From assembly GCA_049840735.1 (NCBI GenBank), contig JASGJN010000017.1, positions 416,001-480,000 of the forward strand: a stretch of 64,000 nt of DNA. The letters run 5' to 3'. The notes below the pieces were generated by a model. The model saw only the letters and a program-made list of their open reading frames with translations. It was not told the origin of the DNA and did not search any database. The DNA is from Anaeromyxobacter sp. (GTDB taxonomy: Bacteria > Myxococcota > Myxococcia > Myxococcales > Anaeromyxobacteraceae). A program made the position numbers and the translations under genes. Positions 35,237 to 44,582 of the stretch are shown piece after piece. The stretch's first letter is position 1. The number at the start of each line of letters is the position of its first letter.

Positions 35237-36336
35237 CTGTCCGCGCTGGCCACCGGCCCGGCCCCGGCCTTCGGCCAGAGCCCGCGCGCCCAGCGCCAGA
35301 GCGCCTTGCCCAGCCAGAGCAGCGCGAAGCTGGCGAGCAGCACGCCCACCGCGGTGGCGAAGGCGGCGCCGGCGCCCAGCGTCGGCCCCACCCGCTGCCA
35401 CAGGCCCGGGAAGACGGACCAGCCGTACACCAGCGGCAGGTGGAGGGCGTAGACGCCCAGCGAGGCCTTGCCGAGCGGCGCCGCCAGGCGGGCCACCCGC
35501 TCCGGCACGACCGAGAGCGCGGCCAGCACCAGCAGCACCGCGCCGATGCGGAACGCGATCAGCAGCGGGTCGCCGGGGAACCGGTCGCCCACGCCGAAGG
35601 GCGCGGTCGCGGCCACCAGCGCCGCGCCCAGCCCCGCCTCGAGGAGCGCGCCGCGCCGGTCCTGCGGGATGAGCAGCCCCACGGCCGCGCCGGCGAAGAA
35701 GTAGCCGGCCCATGGGACGACCGGGAAGCGCGAGCTGCCGCCCACCACCTGGACCACCGCCAGCCAGGGCAGGTCCGGCAGGGAGGCCACCTGCACGTAG
35801 TCCGGCAGCGGCGCGCTCCGCCCCAGCACCACGCAGAGCGCGAGCAGCCAGAGGAACGCCACCCCCTGCCGCCAGCGCGCCCAGGGGAGCGCCAGGACCA
35901 GCGAGGCCGCGCCCAGCGAGAGGCCGATCACGTGCAGGGCGTCGAAGGCCAGGAAGCCGGCCCAGATCTCGCGATCACCGGCCAGCAGGCGCTCGAGCGC
36001 CCAGCCCGGCCAGTGGAGCAGGTAGCCGATGAACAGGAGCAGCGCCACCCGCCGCCAGCGGGCGCGAGGCACGTCCCACCCGGTGGCCCCGCTGCGCGAG
36101 ATGGCCAGGGTCACCGCCCAGCCGGAGATGATCATGAACAGCGGCGCGGTCAGCCCGCGGGCCTTCCAGTACTGGGCGAAGCCGGGGGACTCCCAGAACG
36201 GCTTCGCGAGCACCGCGTCCAGCGTGTGGCCGAAGACCATGGCCAGCACCGCCAGGGCGCGCGCGGCGTCGAGCGCGGCGATGCGCGGGCGGCGGGGTGT
36301 GGCGGCCACGGGCTGGGGAGAGGCGGCGGTGGACAA
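35233..36336 (-). CDS. DUF1624 / HGSNAT-like membrane acyltransferase-domain protein
   Basis: RIAALDAARALAVLAMVFGH, APLF, DALHVIG, FPVVPW, SLGVYALH. Start approximate. Confidence 0.7.
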   Translation of the reverse strand: MSTAASPQPVAATPRRPRIAALDAARALAVLAMVFGHTLDAVLAKPFWESPGFAQYWKARGLTAPLFMIISGWAVTLAISRSGATGWDVPRARWRRVALLLFIGYLLHWPGWALERLLAGDREIWAGFLAFDALHVIGLSLGAASLVLALPWARWRQGVAFLWLLALCVVLGRSAPLPDYVQVASLPDLPWLAVVQVVGGSSRFPVVPWAGYFFAGAAVGLLIPQDRRGALLEAGLGAALVAATAPFGVGDRFPGDPLLIAFRIGAVLLVLAALSVVPERVARLAAPLGKASLGVYALHLPLVYGWSVFPGLWQRVGPTLGAGAAFATAVGVLLASFALLWLGKALWRWARGLWPKAGAGPVASADS

Positions 36337-36440
36337 CCCGCCGCGTATAGCACGGGAGGCGCTGCGCGGTCGCCCCCTCCCTGCCAGAAGCAACAGCAGG
36401 CCCGCCTGGCCGCCGCGGGGGCGGCCAGGCGGTAGGCGGG

Positions 36441-36734
36441 CTACTTGAGCCCCTTCTTCACGTACTCGGCCACGTCCTCGGCCGCCTCGTGGCCGATGCT
36501 CGCCTGCTTCGGCATCTTGCCGCGGCCGTTCTCGATGACCGTCACGATCTCCTTCTCGCTCAGCTTGGTGGCGGCGAGATCCTTCGCGCCCATCTTGATC
36601 CCCATGGGCGTGCCCTTGCCGTCCGGGCCGTGGCAGGCCTTGCACTTGGAGGCGTAGACGGCGGCGCCGTCGCCGTCGGCGCGGGCGGCGGCAGCGGAGA
36701 GGACCAGGACCAGGGCGACGACGAGACGCTTCAT
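36441..36734 (-). CDS. Monoheme class I cytochrome c
   Basis: Signal peptide, CKACH, GRGKMP distal Met. AAGGAG RBS. Confidence 0.9.
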   Translation of the reverse strand: MKRLVVALVLVLSAAAARADGDGAAVYASKCKACHGPDGKGTPMGIKMGAKDLAATKLSEKEIVTVIENGRGKMPKQASIGHEAAEDVAEYVKKGLK

Positions 36735-36870
36735 CGGTGTGCTCCTTGCGGGTTGGGAAGAGGGTGGCGGCGGGCGGCCCGGCCGAGCCGGGCCCCTGCA
36801 GACGAAAGGACGCACGCCGGGCCGGACATCTTCACCTGTCCGGCCCGGACGGGCCAGCGTCCCCGTGGGG

Positions 36871-38124
36871 CTACGCGGCGGCGTGCTCGGTGGGCTGGGA
36901 GGCCTCGTCCTTGGCCGCCAGCGGCGACCGGAAGCTGCCCACCAGGATGGGGACCGCGATCTTCACCAGCACGGTGAAGACCAGGAAGCCGATGCCGAAG
37001 ACGCCGGCCGCGATGCCCCACTCCATGGGCGTGGGCGTATAGGCGTAGATCTGCCCCAGCGTGGAGGGCGTGAAGCCCGGGATGATGAGCCCCATGCCCT
37101 TCTCGATGTAGCAGCCGGCCCAGATCAGCACGCAGCCCAGGTTGAGCGTCACGAAGTGCCGGCGCGTCCGCGGCACCAGGAAGAGGACGAACGCGACCAC
37201 GCTGCAGCCCAGCGAGAGCCAGGCGTAGGGCACCAGCGCCTTGTGCTCGCCCAGCCCCTGCCAGAAGTACTGCGTGTACTGGAGGTGCTCGGTGGCCGAG
37301 TAGTACTCCTTGAACAGCTCCGCGCCGAGCAGGAACAGGTTCAGGAACATCGCGTACGCCATCAGCTCGGCGATCTTCCAGATGGCCTCGTCCTTGATCT
37401 CGAAGCGGAAGGCGCGCCGCAGCACCTGGAAGAGGATGATCATCACCGCCGGCCCGGAGCAGAAGGCCGAGGCGATGAAGCGCGGCGCCAGGATGGAGGC
37501 GTTCCAGTACGGGCGCGCCGCCATGCCGTTGTAGAGGAACGCGGTCACGGTGTGCGTGGAGATGGACACCGGGATGGAGAGCAGCACCAGCGGCAGGAAG
37601 ATGCGCTTGTCGTAGGGCTGGCCGCGGTAGGTCTTGAAGAGCAGGTACAGGACCAGCGCCAGGTTGAGGAACAGGTAGGTGTGGAGGACCAGCGCGTCCC
37701 AGGTCAGCATCGAGCGCGGCCAGTTGGGCGTGCCGATGAAGGGCATGATGTGGAGGAAGCGGTCCGGGTGCCCCATGTCCACCAGGATGAACAGGAGGCA
37801 CATGGTGAGCGCGCTGATGGCGAGCAGCTCCCCCAGCACCACCACCTCCTTGATGGGCTTCCAGGCGTAGATGTACGCCGGGATCACCAGCAGCACGGCC
37901 GCGGCGGCCACGCCGACCAGGAAGGTGAAGTTGCCGATGTAGAAGGCCCACGACACGTCATCGCGCATGTTGGTGGCGATGAGGCCGGCGGTCATCTGGT
38001 GCACGTAGGAGGCGACGCCCACGGCGATGGCGACCAGCAGCAGGGCCACCCAGGCCCAGTAGGCCTTGCCGCCGGTGAGCACCTGGCGGACGCAGCCCTT
38101 GAGGAAGTCGAGGATCGCGGTCAC
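36871..38124 (-). CDS. NrfD/PsrC-family quinol-interacting membrane subunit (DsrP-like)
   Basis: About 10 TM helices, WAFYIGNFTFLVGVAA, DMGHPDR, HTVTAFL, APRF. Confidence 0.88.
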   Translation of the reverse strand: MTAILDFLKGCVRQVLTGGKAYWAWVALLLVAIAVGVASYVHQMTAGLIATNMRDDVSWAFYIGNFTFLVGVAAAAVLLVIPAYIYAWKPIKEVVVLGELLAISALTMCLLFILVDMGHPDRFLHIMPFIGTPNWPRSMLTWDALVLHTYLFLNLALVLYLLFKTYRGQPYDKRIFLPLVLLSIPVSISTHTVTAFLYNGMAARPYWNASILAPRFIASAFCSGPAVMIILFQVLRRAFRFEIKDEAIWKIAELMAYAMFLNLFLLGAELFKEYYSATEHLQYTQYFWQGLGEHKALVPYAWLSLGCSVVAFVLFLVPRTRRHFVTLNLGCVLIWAGCYIEKGMGLIIPGFTPSTLGQIYAYTPTPMEWGIAAGVFGIGFLVFTVLVKIAVPILVGSFRSPLAAKDEASQPTEHAAA

Positions 38125-38131
38125 AGAAGCC

Positions 38132-39091
38132 TCAGGTCGCGTAGAAGTAGTAGAACTGCGGGTGCGTGGCGAGCTCCTCCTTGAAGACGAAGACCCGCTT
38201 CGTCTCCATCACCCTCCGGATCTCGCTCTCCGGATCGAGGAGGTTCCCGAACTTCCGGGCGCCCACCGGGCAGGCCTCGAGGCAGGCCGGGTAGCGCCCC
38301 TCCCGCGTGCGCTGGATGCAGAAGGTGCACTTCTCCACCACGCCCTTGGGGCGCGGGCGGTTGCCCAGGTAGTGCTGCACCGGGTTGAGCTGGTCGGCCG
38401 GGAGGTTGGGCTCCGCCCAGTTGAAGTGGCGGGCGCCGTAGGGGCAGGCCGACATGCAGCAGCGGCAGCCGATGCACCAGTCGTAGTCGATGACCACGAT
38501 GCCGTCCGGCTCCTTCCAGGTGGCCTGGGTCGGGCAGGCCTTCACGCAGGGCGGGTTGCGGCACTGCTGGCACTGGACCGGGAAGTAGAACTTGCCCGGC
38601 CGCGGCACCGCGTCGGCCTCGTAGTAGAGGTCCGCGTGGGCCAGGTCCACGCCGTGCTCCTTCTCCATCTCCAGCACCTGGATCCAGTGGACCTGCGGGT
38701 GCTCGCGGCTCTGGTTGTTCTCCTTCACGCAGGCGTAGACGCAGCGCCGGCAGCCCACGCAGCGCGAGATGTCCAGCCCGTAGCCGAACTCGACGCCGGG
38801 GCGCGGGCCGGTCGCGGACACCGTGGTGGCCTTCGCGAACCGCTCCTGGTTGCGCTGCTCGACCTTGGCCAGGACGCGCCCCAGCTCCTCCCTGGAGAGC
38901 TCCTTGAAGTGCTTGCGGAGGAAGTCCTCCATGTCGAGATCGCAGGCCGTGAGGCCGGCCAGGGCGGCGCCGGCGGCGGCGGTGCGGAGGAAGGCGCGGC
39001 GGGCCGGATCGAGCGGCGCCTCGGCGGCGGGGTCGGGACGGGGCGACGCCCCGGCGTCGGGCGCGTCCTGGACGACGGGCAGGCGGCTCAT
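38132..39091 (-). CDS. 4Fe-4S dicluster protein (NrfC/DsrO type) with twin-arginine signal
   Basis: RRAFL, CVGCRRCVYAC, CQQCRNPPCVKACP, CIGCRCCMSACP, KCTFC, CLEACP. Confidence 0.92.
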   Translation of the reverse strand: MSRLPVVQDAPDAGASPRPDPAAEAPLDPARRAFLRTAAAGAALAGLTACDLDMEDFLRKHFKELSREELGRVLAKVEQRNQERFAKATTVSATGPRPGVEFGYGLDISRCVGCRRCVYACVKENNQSREHPQVHWIQVLEMEKEHGVDLAHADLYYEADAVPRPGKFYFPVQCQQCRNPPCVKACPTQATWKEPDGIVVIDYDWCIGCRCCMSACPYGARHFNWAEPNLPADQLNPVQHYLGNRPRPKGVVEKCTFCIQRTREGRYPACLEACPVGARKFGNLLDPESEIRRVMETKRVFVFKEELATHPQFYYFYAT

Positions 39092-39691
39092 CGGCGCTGC
39101 TCCTCGGGCCGCACCGGGCGCGGCTCCGGCTTGAGGTAGGTGAGCGTGGGCGCGACGGTCTTCTTGCCGTCCACCACCACCTCCTGGATGCCCTTGAAGC
39201 GCGGGGTGTGGGGGTTGTGGCAGTTCACGCACAGGAAATAGGTCTTCTCGCCGTCCCAGCACCCCACCCGCTTGCCGTGCACGCCGGCCCGCCAGTCGCG
39301 GTACTTGTCGCCGTGGCACTGGCCGCACAGCCGGTAGGACTCGGTGAAGGGCACGGCCTCCCCGCTGGCCAGCCGCAGCACGTCGCGGTTCTTCGCGTCG
39401 TGGCAGTCCAGGCACCAGCGGTGCTCGGCGTCGTGCGCGAAGACCGACTGCTGCTCGTCGTGGAAGACCAGCTCGCGCCGCTCCGGGTTGGGCGGCTGGT
39501 CCTTCCCGTGGCACTGCGAGCAGGGGAAGATCCCTTCGCTGAAGGGCGGCGTCTGCGCCTGCACCAGCGGCGCGGGGGCCGCGGCCTTCGTCCCTGCCGG
39601 CTTGGCCTCGGCGGCCGGCTTGGCCCCGGCGGCCGCAGCGGCCGTCGCCAGCCCCAGCGCGGCCAGGGCGACCCAGAATCCTGGTGAGCAT
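39088..39691 (-). CDS. Tetraheme cytochrome c, frameshift near 39678
   Basis: CSQCH, CLDCH, CGQCH, CVNCH. Removing one base restores signal peptide MLTRIWVALAALG. GGAGG RBS. Confidence 0.88.
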
Positions 39692-39725
39692 GCACCCCTC
39701 CTGTGCCGCGCACCGTACCCCCGGC

Positions 39726-39753
39726 TTGACCGCGGTCAGTTGACGGTGGTCAA
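39726..39753. promoter_or_regulatory. Two abutting FNR/CRP-like boxes upstream of the cytochrome-FeS-NrfD operon
   Basis: TTGAC-CGCG-GTCAG (39726-39739) and TTGAC-GGTG-GTCAA (39740-39753) versus FNR consensus TTGAT-N4-ATCAA. Confidence 0.6.
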
Positions 39754-41016
39754 GCCACCTCTTGCCCGTTTGGGGGTGAGCCCCGGAGGCCGGCCAGCTG
39801 CTCCTGCCGCTTCCACTGGCCGTGGGCGGCCCCGCGGGAGGCCAGCCGCTCCAGCAGCGCCGCGGTGGCGGGGTCGATGGCACCCGCCGGCGCGCGCGCC
39901 CACGGCGTGCCGGGGAGCGGCATGAAGGCGTGGGCGTGGATGCGCGCCCCGCGGTCGGCCAGCTCCTGCGCCAGCGCCCGCGAGGCCTGGCGGTCGGGCT
40001 CCTCCTCCCCGGGAAGCCCGAACACCAGAATCGACGCTGGGGACGAACCCGGCCTCGACCGCCAGCGCCACGGCCCGGCGCACCTCCTCCACGCCGTGGC
40101 CGCGCCCCATGGCCTCGAGCAGCCGCGCCGAGCCGGACTGCGCCCCCACGATCACCGTCCGGTTGTCGCAGCGGCGGCGGATGGCCGCCAGCGCGCGGAC
40201 CGAGACGTGCTCGGGGCGCAGCTCGGACGGGAAGGAGCCCAGGAACAGCCGCCGGTCCGGACCGGCCGCCTCGCGCGCCGTGGCCAGCAGCGCCTCCACC
40301 GCGGCCTCGTCGCAGGCGCCGTCGGCCGAGCCCCAGGAGAGCGCGCTGGGGGTGAGGAAGCGGATGTCGCGCGCCTCGAGGCGGGCGTGGTGCGCCACCC
40401 AGCGGCGGACGCTCTCCAGCGAACGGTGGCGGAAGCGGGCCTTGAACTGGAACGGCGTCTGGCAGAAGCGGCAGCCCCAGACGCAGCCGCGGGTGATCTC
40501 GATGGGGCCGATGCGCCCGGCGCCGGGCGCGCAGGGCGGGAAGGCCTCCAGGTCCACCGGCGGCGCGCGCCCGCTGCTGCGCACGGCGCCGTCCTCCAGC
40601 CAGGCCAGCCCCGGTCCGGCGCGCCCGTCCTCCCCGGCCGCGAGCCGGGCCAGCAGCGCCGGGAGCGTCTCCTCCCCCTCCCCCACCGCCACCAGGTCGA
40701 ACCCGGCCCGCAGGACCTCCTCCGCCGCCGCGCTGGCGTGGGGTCCGCCGGCCAGGTGCAGCGCCCCCGGCGCGGCGGAGCGCACCGCCTGCAGCTCCGC
40801 CGCCGCCTCGGCGAAGCTGGCCGTGTAGAACGACCAGCCCACCACCGGCCGGCGGCCGTCCTGCAGCGACGCCGCCACCGCGGCCGCCAGCCCGGCACCT
40901 CCGCTGGCCTGCCGGACAGGGACGGCCGCCGTGCGCGGATCGGCCTCCACCGCGCCCCAGAGGACGTCCAGCGCCAGGCGCGCGGTGCGGCGGTAGTGCA
41001 GGATCAGCTCGACCAC
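39750..41016 (-). CDS. B12-binding-domain radical SAM protein (TIGR04013-like), frameshift near 40030
   Basis: SFYT, AGGPH, GEGE, EITRGCVWGCRFCQTP, GSFPSELRPE, GAQSGS, FMPLPGTP. Confidence 0.85.
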
Positions 41017-41082
41017 CGCCGGAGCCTGCCAGCGGGGGCGCCCCGGCCGCAACCGGAGCGCGCGGAGCGCCCGGCGGGTTTG

Positions 41083-41202
41083 GTGTGTCCCGGGGGGTCG
41101 GCAGTGTGTCCCGCGCGCCACGCACAGCCGCGTCCTCCGGAGCTCGCGAGCCCCGCGATCTCGCGCACCTGCGCGATCGGCCCCGCCGGCACGCGCCTTG
41201 CT
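41083..41202 (+). promoter_or_regulatory. Sigma54 promoter with tandem upstream direct repeats
   Basis: CGGCACGCGCCTTGCT (41187-41202) is a near-consensus -24/-12. GTGTGTCCCG occurs at 41083 and 41104. Confidence 0.7.
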
Positions 41203-41215
41203 CAGGTGATCCCGC

Positions 41216-41434
41216 ATGCGGAACGCCCTCATCGCCCAGCACGTCCAGCCGCCCCCCGCCCGCGTCCACCCGCCCGAGGTCGAGGGGTCGCGCCTGGCCG
41301 GCGCCGTGGCGCTGCTCCTGGCCGCGGCGCTGATGCTGATGGGCGGGCTGCTCTGGCGCGAGAACGCCCGGGCCGCGGCGCGCGGCGAGGCCGGGCGGGC
41401 GCAGACCGTCACGCAGCACGTCGTCGGGGGCTGA
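41216..41434 (+). CDS. Small hypothetical single-pass membrane protein (72 aa)
   Basis: GC3-biased codons, one TM helix (LAGAVALLLAAALMLMGGLLW), sigma54 promoter directly upstream. Confidence 0.65.
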   Translation: MRNALIAQHVQPPPARVHPPEVEGSRLAGAVALLLAAALMLMGGLLWRENARAAARGEAGRAQTVTQHVVGG

Positions 41435-41440
41435 GGCGGC

Positions 41441-43177
41441 TCAGTACCGGCCGCGCGCCACCAGGTCGCGCATGGCGATGGTGCCGACCAGCCGGCGGTG
41501 CCCATCCACCACCGGCAGCCGCTCCAGCTCGGTCTCGGCGAAGCGGGCCGCCACCTCCGCCAGCGGCAGCGCAGCGGAGAGCTGCGGCACCTCCCGGTCC
41601 AGCACGTCCGCCGCCACGATCATCCCCAGGTCCGCCTGATCCGGGATGGTCCCCTTGAGCGCGTCCAGCCGGATCACGCCCAGCAGCACGCCGTCACCGT
41701 CGGTGACGTACAGGTCGTGGCCGGCGGGGAGCACCAGCAGCCTCTTCACCACCGCCTCGAAGGGCGTGGTGGGCGGGATGCGCTCCGCCCCCGGTTCGAT
41801 CAGCACCGCCGCCGGCGTGTGGCGCAGCCACTCCGGCCGCGGCAGCTCCGGGAGCGACACGCCCCGCCGGCGCAGCGCCGCGGTGTAGAGCGAGTCCGGC
41901 TCGATGGCCCGGCTGGTGGCGGCGGCCACCGCGGCCGACAGCATCAGCGGCAGGATCACGCCGTAGTCGCCGGTCATCTCGAAGAGGATCAGCACCGAGG
42001 AGACCGCGGCGTGGGTGGTGCCGGCCAGCACCCCGGCCATGCCCACCAGCGCCAGCGCGCCGGGCGGCGCCAGGCCCGGGGCGAGGCGGGCCAGCGCCTC
42101 CCCCGCCAGCCCGCCCAGCGCGGCCCCGAAGAAGAGCGAGGGGGTGAAGAGGCCGCCCGGGACCCCGGAGCCGGCGCAGAGGGCGGTGGAGAGGAGCTTG
42201 AGCACCGGCAGGACCAGCAGCAGCCGGAGCGGCACCGAGCCGAGCAGCATCTGGTGGACGGTGTCGAAGCCGTTGCCCAGCACCTGCGGGAAGGCCACCG
42301 AGATGCCGCCCACCGCCCCCAGCCCCAGCACCGGCAGGAGCGGCGCGCTCCAGCGCGGCAGCCGGTCGAAGCGCACCTCCACCCAGCCCATCACCCGCAC
42401 GAAGATGGCCGAGGCCAGCCCCAGCAGCGGCGCCAGCGCCAGCCCCAGCAGCAGCTCCTTGGGGTCGAGCAGCGCGTAGGCCGGGATGTCGTAGCCCTGG
42501 TGCGGCACCGGGAGCGTGCGCGCCACCGCGGTGGCCACCACGCAGGAGACGACGATGGGGCCGAGCAGCTCCAGGGCGAAGGAGCCGAGCAGCACCTCCA
42601 GCCCGAAGAGCGCGCCGCCGATGGGGACGTCGTAGGCGGCGGAGATCCCGGAGGCAGCGCCGCAGGCCACCAGCACGCGCGCCTGCTGGTCGGAGATCCC
42701 CAGCCGCTCCGCCAGCCAGGAGCCCGCCGCCGCGCCGGTCTGCACCAGCGCCCCCTCCCGCCCCAGCGACGCGCCGGCGCCCACCGCGACGATCGAGAGC
42801 AGGCCGCGCAGCAGGGTCCGGCCCAGGATCAGCCCGCGGCCGCGGTGCCAGATGGCCTCGATGATGCGGGCCGTGCCGTGCCCGCCCAGCGGCTTGCGCC
42901 AGAGCAGCGCCACCAGGCCCACCAGGACCCCTGCGCCGGCCGGGACCAGCACCCGCCGCAGCGGGGACGAGGCCTCCACCGAGGCCACGAAGCTGTCCGC
43001 CTCCGGCCAGGCCAGCCGCTGGACCAGGCGGAGCACCAGCAGGAGCGCGCCCGATCCGAGCCCGGAGAGCGCCCCGGTGGCGATCACCAGGAACCAGAAG
43101 CGCTGCGCAGCGCCGGGCAGGACCCGCAGGAAGTCGCGGACCGACCTGAAGAAGAGCGGGGGCGCGGTCGCCGGCAT
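41441..43177 (-). CDS. ClC chloride channel/antiporter family protein with CBS pair
   Basis: GASLGREG, GGLFTPSL, FEMTGDY, C-terminal CBS region. Start could be GTG 43231. Confidence 0.9.
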   Translation of the reverse strand: MPATAPPLFFRSVRDFLRVLPGAAQRFWFLVIATGALSGLGSGALLLVLRLVQRLAWPEADSFVASVEASSPLRRVLVPAGAGVLVGLVALLWRKPLGGHGTARIIEAIWHRGRGLILGRTLLRGLLSIVAVGAGASLGREGALVQTGAAAGSWLAERLGISDQQARVLVACGAASGISAAYDVPIGGALFGLEVLLGSFALELLGPIVVSCVVATAVARTLPVPHQGYDIPAYALLDPKELLLGLALAPLLGLASAIFVRVMGWVEVRFDRLPRWSAPLLPVLGLGAVGGISVAFPQVLGNGFDTVHQMLLGSVPLRLLLVLPVLKLLSTALCAGSGVPGGLFTPSLFFGAALGGLAGEALARLAPGLAPPGALALVGMAGVLAGTTHAAVSSVLILFEMTGDYGVILPLMLSAAVAAATSRAIEPDSLYTAALRRRGVSLPELPRPEWLRHTPAAVLIEPGAERIPPTTPFEAVVKRLLVLPAGHDLYVTDGDGVLLGVIRLDALKGTIPDQADLGMIVAADVLDREVPQLSAALPLAEVAARFAETELERLPVVDGHRRLVGTIAMRDLVARGRY

Positions 43178-43271
43178 CCCCCCCGCCCGCTGTGCGGCGG
43201 ACCCGTCCACCCTGCGCTGGACGATCCGCACCGCCCACCCCGGCGGGCAAGCCCCGGCTGGCGAGGAGCCC

Positions 43272-44582
43272 TCAGCGACCGGCCGCGGCGGAGGCGCGGG
43301 ACGGGCGCGTCAGCGCCACCATCCCCAGCAGCAGCAGGATCCCCAGCCCGGTCATGGCGGCGTCGGCCGCCAGCAGCCCGCGCGCCGAGCCCAGCCCCCA
43401 CGCCCCGTCCAGCCGGCGGCCGAGCTGCCCCACCACGTAGGTGTCGTAGGTGATGGCCACGTTGAGCGAGGCGTTGAAGAGGGCGTACTTGGTGGCGGTC
43501 GCGGGCGAGTGGCCCACCAGCTCCAGCACCATCCCGGCCCAGGTGGCGAAGGCCAGCCCGCCGGCGAAGAGGTACGTGAACGTGCCCCACAGGTAGGTGA
43601 GCGGGGTCATGGGCGCCGCCAGCATGGCCAGCGCGCAGAGCGCGGTCAGCCCACCCGAGGTGGCGTAGGCCACCCGCCGGTTGATGCGGTCGGCGAGCAC
43701 GCCGCCCGCCAGCGCGCCCAGCGCCCCGGCCACCCCGCCGGCCGCGCCGTTGGCCAGCGAGACCAGCTCCTCGCCGGCGCCGTAGTCGGGCGCCAGCGCC
43801 GAGAAGAGGTTGGAGAGCACCTGGCAGCCGACCGGGGCCAGGCAGATGACGATGCCGGTGGCCCCCTCGCGGCTCACCACCGTCCGCCACAGGTCGCGCA
43901 GCATGTGCCCCAGGTGCTGCAGCGCCGCCTGCAGCCGCGCGCCGCCGGCGCGGGCCAGCCGGGCCGGCTCCACGATGCGGAGCGCCAGCAGCGCGCTCCC
44001 CGCCACCAACGCCGCCACCAGCAGCGCCGCGCCGCGCACCCCCAGGGCCCCCACCGTCCGGCCGCCGACCGCCACGCCGCTGGTGGCGAGCAGCATGAGC
44101 GCCGCCATCAGCCCGGTGAAGCCCACGTTGGAGGCCATGGCGAACCCGCCCACCTTGCCCTTGTCCTCGGGGCGGGTGGTGGTGGCCATGAGCGCGTTGT
44201 TGGCGGCGTGGCAGGTGGTGCCGACGGCCTGCAGGGCGGTGGCCAGCCAGCCGAAGAGCGCCACGTTGCCGAGCACGCCGGGCCAGGAGGCCAGCACCAG
44301 GAAGAGCGCCGCGGTCGCGGCGGCGGTGGCCAGGTACCAGCCCCGGCGCGTCCCCACGATGTCGAGCAGCGGGATCCAGAGCAGCTTGAGCGCGTGCGGC
44401 GAGCCCGACGCGGCCACCACGGTGGCGATCTGGGTGACGTCCAGGCCGCTCCGGCTGAGCCAGAACGGCATCACGATGGAGTAGAACCCCACCGCCGCGC
44501 CGAAGGGCACGTCCAGGAAGAGGAACATCCACGGCGGCGTGGGGACCGCCGGCGCCGCCGGGACCTGGGCGGCGCTAGCCAC
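43272..44582 (-). CDS. MFS transporter (AmpG-like)
   Basis: About 12 TM helices, PHALKLLWIPLLD, GGVLADRINRR, ATKYALF. Confidence 0.8.
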   Translation of the reverse strand: MASAAQVPAAPAVPTPPWMFLFLDVPFGAAVGFYSIVMPFWLSRSGLDVTQIATVVAASGSPHALKLLWIPLLDIVGTRRGWYLATAAATAALFLVLASWPGVLGNVALFGWLATALQAVGTTCHAANNALMATTTRPEDKGKVGGFAMASNVGFTGLMAALMLLATSGVAVGGRTVGALGVRGAALLVAALVAGSALLALRIVEPARLARAGGARLQAALQHLGHMLRDLWRTVVSREGATGIVICLAPVGCQVLSNLFSALAPDYGAGEELVSLANGAAGGVAGALGALAGGVLADRINRRVAYATSGGLTALCALAMLAAPMTPLTYLWGTFTYLFAGGLAFATWAGMVLELVGHSPATATKYALFNASLNVAITYDTYVVGQLGRRLDGAWGLGSARGLLAADAAMTGLGILLLLGMVALTRPSRASAAAGR

